Source: Bacteroidales bacterium (GTDB lineage: Bacteria > Bacteroidota > Bacteroidia > Bacteroidales > WCHB1-69). Taken from it: a stretch of DNA of 64,000 nucleotides. A program made the position numbers and the translations under genes. The stretch lies in assembly GCA_045600525.1 (NCBI GenBank), contig JAZRYC010000010.1, positions 406-64,405 on the forward strand, read 5' to 3'. Position 1 is the first letter of the stretch; the number at the start of each line of letters is the position of its first letter. Positions 57,417-64,000 of this stretch are shown one piece after another. The notes under the pieces are model-generated. The model did no database searches, was not told where the DNA came from, and saw only the letters and a program-made list of their open reading frames with translations.

Positions 57417-57503
57417 CCATCAAATAAGATAATAACATGGCTTTGCCCATTAAGCATAATGCTCTTATGACAAAGCAAATATTAACCTATAAAACACAAC
57501 ATT

Positions 57504-57824
57504 ATGATTTTAACAACAACTCCCACCATTGAAGGAAAACAAATCGTAGAATACAAAGGCGTCGTGTTTGGCGAGGTCGTTGCCGGCGTGAACTTTATGA
57601 AAGACATTGGCGCCAGCCTCCGCAACATCTTCGGCGGTCGCTCCCAATCGTACGAAGGCGAGCTGATAGATGCACGCAAAAATGCCATGGAGGAGATGTC
57701 CCAACGTGCCGCTCAATTGGGTGCCAACGCCGTAGTGGGCATTGATATCGATTACGAAGTGCTCGGTGCTGATAACGGAATGATGATGGTCATTGCCTCC
57801 GGCACGGCAGTTGTGGTTCGTTAA
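57504..57824 (+). CDS. ybjQ: YbjQ family (UPF0145) protein
   Basis: [20 protein letters not shown]...GGRS.SYE......R..A.EEM...[15 protein letters not shown] is collinear with E. coli YbjQ. Confidence 0.78.
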   Translation: MILTTTPTIEGKQIVEYKGVVFGEVVAGVNFMKDIGASLRNIFGGRSQSYEGELIDARKNAMEEMSQRAAQLGANAVVGIDIDYEVLGADNGMMMVIASGTAVVVR

Positions 57825-57870
57825 AACACCTTTGATTGCTATTTTGTAATTTTATGAAAATAAATTATTT

Positions 57871-60816
57871 ATGATGATATCTAAACAACAATTAGCCGCA
57901 AAGTCATTCGCTGAGGAATGGAAAAATCGTGGAGACGAAAAAAGTGAAACGCAATTGTTTTGGATGTCGCTGCTACAGTATGTGTTTGGGATCGTTGAGC
58001 CGCAGAAGTTCATTGAGTTTGAAAAGCGTGTGCAGCTCACACACGTCAGCTTTATCGATGCGTACATCCCGGCTACAAAAGTACTGATTGAGCAAAAATC
58101 TTTTGATATTGATTTGCACAAAGGCTACAAGCAGAGTGACGGTTCGATACTTACGCCTTTTCAGCAGGCCAAACGCTATGCTAATGAACTGCCTTATTCG
58201 ATGCGTCCGCGTTGGGTAGTGGTAAGCAATTTTCAGTCGATTTTGGTCTATGATATGGAAAATCCGAATGGAGAGCCTTTTGAAATTCTTCTAGAAAATC
58301 TTGACAAAGAGTATTATCGGCTCTCATTTCTGACCAATACCGGAAATGCCCATCTGCAAAAGGAAATGGAGGTGAGTATCAAGGCTGGTGACTTGGTGGG
58401 TAAAATTTATGATGCGCTGCTACCGCAGTACAAGGATCCCACCAGCGCCGAAACCCTCCACAGCTTGAATATGCTCTGCGTGCGTCTGGTGTTCTGTCTG
58501 TATGCCGAAGATGCGGGCGTTTTCGGGAAACGCAGTATGTTTCACGACTATATGTCGGAATTCGATGCCCGCAATTTCCGCCGCGCGCTAATTGACTTGT
58601 TTAAAGTTTTAGACACCAAAGTTGAAGACCGAGACCCGTATATGGATGAAGCGCTATCGGCCTTCCCGTATGTGAATGGCGGTCTGTTTTCGGATTGCAA
58701 CGTCGAGATTCCGAATTTCACCGACGAACTGCGCGCGCTGATTTTGGAAAAGGCGTCCGACGATTTCGACTGGAGCGAAATCAGTCCCACCATTTTCGGT
58801 GCCGTATTCGAATCGACATTGAATCCGGTGACGCGCCGTTCGGGCGGTATGCACTATACCTCTATCGAAAACATCCATAAAGTTATCGACCCGCTGTTCT
58901 TTAATGATTTGCGCCGCGAGTTGGATGAAATAAAAGCGGAGAAAGTAGGAAAATTGCAAACGAAAAAGGCAGCGGAATTCCAGATGAAACTTTCAAAACT
59001 GAAATTTCTGGATCCTGCCTGCGGAAGTGGCAACTTTCTGACGGAGACTTACCTGTCGCTGCGCCGTTTGGAAAATGAGGCCATCCGTCTTCAGACTAAG
59101 GGACAGGTACAAATGGGTTTGGAAGAAACCAATCCGGTGAAAGTCTCCATTCATCAGTCCTATGGCATCGAAATCAACGATTTCGCGGCAGATGTCGCAA
59201 CCACCGCATTGTGGATTGCCGAGAGCCAGATGCTGAAGGAAACCTCCACCATCGTGGACTTCGATTTGGATATGCTACCGCTAAAAACCTACCACAATAT
59301 CAAGAAGGGCAACGCGTTGCGCCTGTCATGGACCGAATGGCCTATCGCTGAAAAGCGTACAGCCATCATTGCAAAGCAAACCAATGTCTATCCATTACAG
59401 GATGCACCGGTAACAACTGCCAATGAACCGACCGTTCAATACAATAATATTGATTTATACAGCGACGAAATCAATCTGCATCCCAAGCGTAAAGAGCCCG
59501 CGACATATCACGTAGATTTTGATTACATTATGGGAAATCCGCCGTTTGTTGGTGCAAGATTGATGTCGGAAAGCCAAAAGCAAGATATGTTGGAAGTCTT
59601 CGGAAAGAAGTGGAAAAACATTGGGAATATGGATTACGTTTCTGCTTGGTATTATAAAGCGGCAAAAGTTATGTTGAGTAGCGATAGTCATACGGCTTTG
59701 GTTTCCACCAACAGCATAACGCAGGGCGAGCAGGTTGCCAATCTTTGGAAACCGCTGTTTGAAAAATTCGGCATTCATATCGATTTCGCCTATCGAACTT
59801 TCCGATGGGACAGCGAATCAACATTAAAAGCGCACGTCCACTGCGTCGTAATTGGATTTTCGAGATGCGAAAGCGAAACGAAAACGATATTTACAGAGTC
59901 ATCTTCCCTTCAAGCACAAAATATTAATCCGTATCTAATTGATGCGGAAACAGTTTGGATTGAAAGTAGAAAATATCCATTATGCGATGTGCCGGAAATT
60001 GGTATAGGAAACAAACCTATTGATGGTGGCAATTATTTGTTTACAGAAGAAGAAATGCGTGCCTTCATTAAGAAGGAACCCAAATCAGAACCTTATTTCA
60101 AAAAATGGATAGGTGCAGATGAATTTATCAATGGTTGGTACCGATATTGTCTTTGGCTGGGAGATTGTTCCCCCGCAGAAATTCGTTCAATGCCAGAATG
60201 CTTCAAACGAGTTCAGGCTGTACGCGATTTCCGCTTGGCCAGCAAGAGCGAGGGAACACGTAAACTTGCCGACAAACCTACTCGCTTTCACGTAGAAAAT
60301 ATGCCAAAGGGGAATTATATTGTTATTCCAGAAACATCTTCTGAAAAAAGAAAATATACACCTATCGGCTTTTTGACACCAGATATTCTTTGTAGTAATG
60401 CAATAAGGTTAGCACCCAATGCAACCCTCTATCATTTTGGCATTCTGACTTCCAATGTCCATATGGCGTGGATGCGTGTGGTTTGCGGCCGGTTGAAATC
60501 TGATTATCGCTATTCCAAAGATATTGTATATAACAATTTTCCATGGCCTACACCGACAGACGAACAGAAGGCTAAAATTGAGCAAACGGCGCAAGCCATC
60601 CTGGATGCGCGGGCAAAATATCCGGAAAGTTCGTTGGCCGACTTGTACGATGATGTCACAATGCCACCCGAGCTGCGCAAAGCCCATAAGGAAAATGATC
60701 ATGCCGTGATGGCTGCCTACGGTTTCAATGCAACAATTCTATCCTCTAACAATGAATCTCAAATTGTTGCTGAATTATTCAGACTCTATCAAACAATAAT
60801 AGAACAAGAACAATGA
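57871..60816 (+). CDS. MmeI-family type IIL (IIG) restriction-modification enzyme, single-chain endonuclease + N6-adenine methyltransferase + specificity domain
   Basis: N-terminal PD-ExK-like motif FIDAYIP...VLIEQKS as in MmeI (D-x9-ExK). MTase motif I FLDPACGSGNFL and motif IV NPPFVG. 981 aa. No separate methyltransferase gene nearby. Confidence 0.78.
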   Translation: MMISKQQLAAKSFAEEWKNRGDEKSETQLFWMSLLQYVFGIVEPQKFIEFEKRVQLTHVSFIDAYIPATKVLIEQKSFDIDLHKGYKQSDGSILTPFQQAKRYANELPYSMRPRWVVVSNFQSILVYDMENPNGEPFEILLENLDKEYYRLSFLTNTGNAHLQKEMEVSIKAGDLVGKIYDALLPQYKDPTSAETLHSLNMLCVRLVFCLYAEDAGVFGKRSMFHDYMSEFDARNFRRALIDLFKVLDTKVEDRDPYMDEALSAFPYVNGGLFSDCNVEIPNFTDELRALILEKASDDFDWSEISPTIFGAVFESTLNPVTRRSGGMHYTSIENIHKVIDPLFFNDLRRELDEIKAEKVGKLQTKKAAEFQMKLSKLKFLDPACGSGNFLTETYLSLRRLENEAIRLQTKGQVQMGLEETNPVKVSIHQSYGIEINDFAADVATTALWIAESQMLKETSTIVDFDLDMLPLKTYHNIKKGNALRLSWTEWPIAEKRTAIIAKQTNVYPLQDAPVTTANEPTVQYNNIDLYSDEINLHPKRKEPATYHVDFDYIMGNPPFVGARLMSESQKQDMLEVFGKKWKNIGNMDYVSAWYYKAAKVMLSSDSHTALVSTNSITQGEQVANLWKPLFEKFGIHIDFAYRTFRWDSESTLKAHVHCVVIGFSRCESETKTIFTESSSLQAQNINPYLIDAETVWIESRKYPLCDVPEIGIGNKPIDGGNYLFTEEEMRAFIKKEPKSEPYFKKWIGADEFINGWYRYCLWLGDCSPAEIRSMPECFKRVQAVRDFRLASKSEGTRKLADKPTRFHVENMPKGNYIVIPETSSEKRKYTPIGFLTPDILCSNAIRLAPNATLYHFGILTSNVHMAWMRVVCGRLKSDYRYSKDIVYNNFPWPTPTDEQKAKIEQTAQAILDARAKYPESSLADLYDDVTMPPELRKAHKENDHAVMAAYGFNATILSSNNESQIVAELFRLYQTIIEQEQ

Positions 60817-60875
60817 AAAAAGAAAAAATAGATTTCATGACCATATTAAACCTTGCAGAAATTTATCAAGATCAG

Positions 60876-60913
60876 TAGGGGTCAGATAGTATAGAACTTT
60901 ATCCTGAACCCTA
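60876..60913. other. imperfect hairpin TAGGGGTCAG-(18 nt)-CTGAACCCTA
   Basis: 10-bp arms with one mismatch. The left arm is identical to the first 10 nt of the array at 63721. No T-run follows. Confidence 0.5.
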
Positions 60914-60934
60914 ATCCCTAACCCCTAACCCCTA
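60907..60934 (+). repeat. telomere-like heptamer array, C-rich strand: AACCCTA ATCCCTA ACCCCTA ACCCCTA
   Basis: Four tandem 7-mers. The last base is the A of the ATG at 60934. The minus strand reads GGGG-TTA-GGGG-TTA-GGG-ATTA-GGG. Confidence 0.85.
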
Positions 60935-61587
60935 TGAAAGTAATCATCACTGGAACAACGGGCTATGTTGGCGAAGGCGTGCTGCTCTGCTGCCTCGAAC
61001 ATCCCGAAATAGAGAAAATCCTGAGTGTGTCGCGCCGCCCGACCAACATCGAACATCCCAAACTGGAAGAACTGATTGTGGATGACTTTATGAATCTGCA
61101 AACTGGTGACGCGCGCTTGGCCGGGTACGATGCGGTGTTCTTTATCGCCGGCATCACCAGCGTGGGCACACCCGAGGATGTTTATCGCAAAATCAGTCAG
61201 ACGATTCCGCTGCACTTTGCGGAAATTCTGCCCGACAAAGAGCAGATGACCTATATCTATCTGTCGGGCGAAGGCACCAACGCCAATGGGAAATTGGCAT
61301 GGCAGAAAATCAAAGGCGGCACGGAGAACGCGCTTTTCGCGATGCCCTTCAAACACGCCTTCGGGTTCAGACCCAGCATTATGCGCCCGCACCCGAAGCA
61401 GAAAACCCGCAAGTCGTTCCAGATTGCCAGCCGCATCCTATATCCGCTGATGTGGCCGCTGTGCCAGTCCAACACGATGCAGGAGGTGGCCGACGCGATG
61501 ATTTGCTGCTCGAAGTTCGGATATGAAAAACGACATATTTCCGTTCGTGATATCCGGAAGTTGTCCAGAGATTTGAAAAAGAAGTGA
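60934..61587 (+). CDS. NAD(P)H-binding (atypical SDR/epimerase-like) protein
   Basis: Rossmann motif MKVIITGTTGYVGEGVL. 217 aa. Confidence 0.68.
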   Translation: MKVIITGTTGYVGEGVLLCCLEHPEIEKILSVSRRPTNIEHPKLEELIVDDFMNLQTGDARLAGYDAVFFIAGITSVGTPEDVYRKISQTIPLHFAEILPDKEQMTYIYLSGEGTNANGKLAWQKIKGGTENALFAMPFKHAFGFRPSIMRPHPKQKTRKSFQIASRILYPLMWPLCQSNTMQEVADAMICCSKFGYEKRHISVRDIRKLSRDLKKK

Positions 61588-61607
61588 TACTTTTAAATAA
61601 AAACGCT

Positions 61608-62291
61608 ATGAACGAAGAATGTTTGATTTGCCAAGCTCCCTTGGAATATCTTAACGAAGACGTGGAGATGGAGTGTGTGCTTTGCCATAAGAAGGTGCTG
61701 TCGAAAACACGTTGTGTAAACGGGCATTTCGTATGTGACGATTGCCACACCCGCGGTTTGGCCACCGTGATAAGCATTTGCCTGAACGAAAAATCCCGAA
61801 ATCCTATAGAGGTGATGAACCGCCTGATGTCGCAACCGTTCTGCCACATGCACGGCCCTGAGCATCACGTGCTGGTCGGTTCCGCTTTGCTGACTGCCTA
61901 CAAGAATGCCGGCGGAGATATTGACCTTCCCAAAATGCTGGTGGAAATACAGAGCCGTGGCCGGCAGGTGCCCGGCGGCGTATGCGGTTTCTGGGGTGCG
62001 TGTGGCGCAGGTATCAGCAGCGGAATGTTCGTCTCCCTGATTTCCGGTGCCACGCCGCTCAGCGTGGAGCCGTGGGGGCTCGCCAACCGCATGACCTCCC
62101 AATCGCTGAATGCAATCGGCGAAATCGGCGGCGCACGCTGCTGCAAACGTGACTCTTATCTCGCTATCCTTGCCGCTATCGACTTCGTGGCGGAACATTT
62201 TGGCGTTCAAATGGAAAAATCCAACATTTTTTGTCAGTTTTCTAACAAAAATAACCAGTGCATCGGAAACAGATGCCCCTTTCATCCGTAA
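61608..62291 (+). CDS. Cys-rich protein, DUF5714-like (zinc-ribbon N-terminus)
   Basis: CLICQ...CVLCH...CVNGHFVCDDCH is a Zn-ribbon. Further Cys motifs are CGFWGACGAG and GGARCCKRD. The ORF track starts at GTG 61584, which overlaps the upstream stop; the first ATG is 61608. The family assignment is from memory. Confidence 0.45.
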   Translation: MNEECLICQAPLEYLNEDVEMECVLCHKKVLSKTRCVNGHFVCDDCHTRGLATVISICLNEKSRNPIEVMNRLMSQPFCHMHGPEHHVLVGSALLTAYKNAGGDIDLPKMLVEIQSRGRQVPGGVCGFWGACGAGISSGMFVSLISGATPLSVEPWGLANRMTSQSLNAIGEIGGARCCKRDSYLAILAAIDFVAEHFGVQMEKSNIFCQFSNKNNQCIGNRCPFHP

Positions 62292-62311
62292 ACCTTTTAA
62301 TAAACAATATA

Positions 62312-63718
62312 ATGAAAAAAACAATCCTTTTTTTCGTGCTTTTAGTGATGGTCAACTTCGTGTTCGGCCAAGTTAACATTCCTGTCGGTTTTGACGAGCG
62401 TGCCGACCTGATGAGTCTCATCTTTCGGACTGCAGGGGCCAATGAGTACGGCTTCTGTTATTTTGATGAATATGTGAATAATCTGAAGCCCTATATCAAT
62501 GAAACCGACGAGGTGGTAAAGCTGGCACAGAAATACCGCGAGGAAACAGACATCTCGTATGACGCTGTGGCTGATTTCGCTCTCCATCTCAAAATTTCTG
62601 AGAATGGGAAGTTTACCTTGGATGACGCTTTCCAAGATGGCATTGACGAACGTTGGACGGAAGAACAGAAGCAGAATTTCTTGGCCGCGTTGAACGAATA
62701 TTATGCAAAATCCAATTTTCATCAGGGCTACATGAAAAATGCGGAAATCCAGCAGAAAGCGGTAGAAGCATTTAAACAGGATGTGTGTCAGAAGATTGAT
62801 TTGGAATGGTTTGACAAGTTCTTTGGAGCCAACAACAATCCTCAATTCCGCATTGTGCTGAGCATCCTGAATGGTCCCAATAACTATGGCTGCAGTGCGC
62901 AGATGAAAGATGGAAGTTTCCTGCTCTGTCCGTTTATCGGCAGCTATTCTATGGACAATTCGCAAAATCCGGTTTACAGGGTAAATGAGGTTCTGCCGAT
63001 TGTCATTCACGAATTCTGCCATGCCTATTGCAATCCGCAGATTGAGCACTTTTGGCCGGATATGGAAGGGAAATCTACGGAAGTCTATAATGCTAACGCG
63101 CTGACATTGACTCAGATGGCATACGGAGATGCCAAAACAATGATGTGTGAGACTTTTGTTCGTAGTTGCGTGATTCGCTATTTCCTGAATCACTATCCGC
63201 AGATATCCGTTGACGACCTGCTGTCGGAAGAAGCAGATTTCTACCTCACACGCACGATGGTGGAGTCTTTGGAAAAATACGAGCAGAACCGGGAACAATA
63301 TCCGACGATTGAAAGTTATATGCCGCAGTTGATCAATGACATCAACCAATTCAATCTTAAAAACTTCCTGAAAGAACAGAAAAAAGAATTAAAGGCCAAC
63401 GCGCACGTGATGAAATGTAGCATCAAAAACGGTGCGAAGAATGTCCCTTCCGGAGAAATAGAATTGAAGATTATCTTCAGCAAGCCGATGCAACAAATGA
63501 TTGCCTTGGGATATGGCAATTCTGATGGTGTTTTTTTGGAATTTGATAAAAATATTGAACATACTTTCACATGGAGCAAAGACTGTAAAACCACCACGAT
63601 TTATCTGGATTTGCAGCCGAACACGCACTACTCTTTCAGCATATTAGGAGGCTTGTACCGCACGCAGGACGGACATACCGCCGGCGAAACCCAGTTTTAC
63701 GATTTCTGGACCAAGTGA
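62312..63718 (+). CDS. secreted DUF4932-like putative metallopeptidase with a C-terminal Ig-like (SbsA/Big_5-like) domain
   Basis: Start trimmed to MKKTILFFVLLVMVNFVFGQ (signal peptide). HExxH motif HEFCHAYCNP. The C-terminal 100 aa or so are beta-rich. Confidence 0.5.
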   Translation: MKKTILFFVLLVMVNFVFGQVNIPVGFDERADLMSLIFRTAGANEYGFCYFDEYVNNLKPYINETDEVVKLAQKYREETDISYDAVADFALHLKISENGKFTLDDAFQDGIDERWTEEQKQNFLAALNEYYAKSNFHQGYMKNAEIQQKAVEAFKQDVCQKIDLEWFDKFFGANNNPQFRIVLSILNGPNNYGCSAQMKDGSFLLCPFIGSYSMDNSQNPVYRVNEVLPIVIHEFCHAYCNPQIEHFWPDMEGKSTEVYNANALTLTQMAYGDAKTMMCETFVRSCVIRYFLNHYPQISVDDLLSEEADFYLTRTMVESLEKYEQNREQYPTIESYMPQLINDINQFNLKNFLKEQKKELKANAHVMKCSIKNGAKNVPSGEIELKIIFSKPMQQMIALGYGNSDGVFLEFDKNIEHTFTWSKDCKTTTIYLDLQPNTHYSFSILGGLYRTQDGHTAGETQFYDFWTK

Positions 63719-63720
63719 TA

Positions 63721-63776
63721 TAGGGGTCAGGGTATAGGGTATAGGGTTTAGGGTATAGGGTTTAGGGTTTAGAATT
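63721..63776 (+). repeat. telomere-like heptamer array, G-rich strand: 8 x TAGGGTW (TAGGGGT CAGGGTA TAGGGTA TAGGGTT TAGGGTA TAGGGTT TAGGGTT TAGAATT)
   Basis: Starts 2 nt after the stop at 63718. There are seven G3-4 tracts separated by 3-4 nt. It is the reverse-complement motif of the array at 60907-60934. Confidence 0.9.
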
Positions 63777-63811
63777 GGAGAATGATTTTACTTGTCTAAT
63801 TAACAAAAACT

Positions 63812-64000
63812 ATGATTCAAAGTTACAAAGATTTGATTGTTTGGCAAAAGGCCATGCAGATGACTGAAATGGTATATTCTATGGTGAAAAAACTTCCGAA
63901 GGAGGAAACGTATGCATTGAGCGACCAAATGAGGCGCGCGGCTGTGTCGATTCCTTCGAACATAGCGGAAGGCTACGGGCGGAACTCAAAGAAAGAGTAT
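63812..64000 (+). CDS. four-helix-bundle protein (23S rRNA intervening-sequence protein / Avd-like family), 5' part only, truncated by the window end
   Basis: Not in the ORF track because no stop lies inside the window. My translation is MIQSYKDLIVWQKAMQMTEMVYSMVKKLPKEETYALSDQMRRAAVSIPSNIAEGYGRNSKKEY, which carries the family hallmarks (DLxVWQKA, LxxQxxRAAxSIxxNIAEG). Confidence 0.75.
   Translation, partial: MIQSYKDLIVWQKAMQMTEMVYSMVKKLPKEETYALSDQMRRAAVSIPSNIAEGYGRNSKKEY

Noticed and set aside
60817-60875. A tiny ORF (MTILNLAEIYQDQ, 13 aa) between the restriction-modification gene and the heptamer hairpin.
   Set aside because: It is too short, has no promoter box or conservation evidence, and is probably a chance ORF.
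61593-63349. Long minus-strand ORFs (243 aa at 61593..62324 and 335 aa at 62342..63349) opposite the DUF5714-like and DUF4932-like genes.
   Set aside because: The plus-strand ORFs have a signal peptide, an HExxH motif and Zn-ribbon motifs, and are tightly spaced with their neighbours. The antisense translations are low-complexity with no motifs. Other antisense ORFs (10351..11073, 11844..12455, 33805..34416, 35368..36096, 56544..57236) were rejected for the same reason.
62312-63718. The DUF4932-like gene as the variable-protein target of a DGR, because an Avd-like ORF follows it.
   Set aside because: Its 3' end shows no Asn/AAY-rich variable region and no C-type-lectin-like terminus. No template repeat or reverse transcriptase is visible inside the window. 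The possibility is kept only as a check to make beyond 64000.
60907-63776. The TTAGGG/TTTAGGG-like arrays read as true telomeres of a linear replicon, or as a CRISPR array.
   Set aside because: The arrays are only 28 and 56 bp long. They are internal to ordinary co-linear genes and not at a sequence end. They have 7-bp units with no spacers, and there are no cas, telomere-resolvase or terminal-protein genes in the window.

Overview
This 64-kb window looks like chromosomal DNA from a Bacteroidales (Prevotella-like) organism. The reasons are that most genes are preceded by the Bacteroides-type -7 promoter box TAnnTTTG, leaders are A-rich with no Shine-Dalgarno sequence, and one protein carries a T9SS C-terminal sorting domain. 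FISUMP, SprB and Listeria-Bacteroides repeat domains also occur. I count about 49 protein-coding genes and found no rRNA, tRNA, CRISPR array, transposase or integrase.

Most of the window is housekeeping: rimO, hydF, rpsP-rimM, recA, ruvB, nupG-like, gcvP, aroK, elbB, pheS, a cyclophilin, methylmalonyl-CoA mutase large subunit, murF, anmK, tonB, and a rubrerythrin/PerR/Msr oxidative-stress locus.

Five accessory or unusual parts stand out:
- **Giant surface-protein gene (14157-25366, about 11.2 kb).** It is built from nested near-identical repeats in an A-B-B-A layout plus a C-C pair. A 1-nt frameshift near 14945 separates it from its signal peptide. It ends in a FISUMP domain rather than a T9SS sorting domain.
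- **lacZ-like GH2 gene flanked by two toxin-antitoxin pairs.** MNT/HEPN lies upstream and HicAB downstream.
- **MmeI-family single-chain type IIL restriction-modification gene (57871-60816).**
- **Two opposite-polarity arrays of a telomere-like 7-bp repeat (my best candidate for something undescribed).** WACCCTA x4 abuts the ATG at 60934, and TAGGGTW x8 occupies 63721-63776. Both share the 10-mer TAGGGGTCAG. The right-hand array directly precedes a truncated four-helix-bundle (23S-rRNA-IVS protein / Avd-like) ORF at the window edge. I interpret these as members of a palindromic, G-quadruplex-prone element family, one empty and one carrying the ORF. This is inference.
- **Candidate PerR operators built from GTAAT/ATTAC half-sites** around perR and rbr.

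All protein calls rest on motif and family recognition by eye from the supplied translations. No database search or computation was run.
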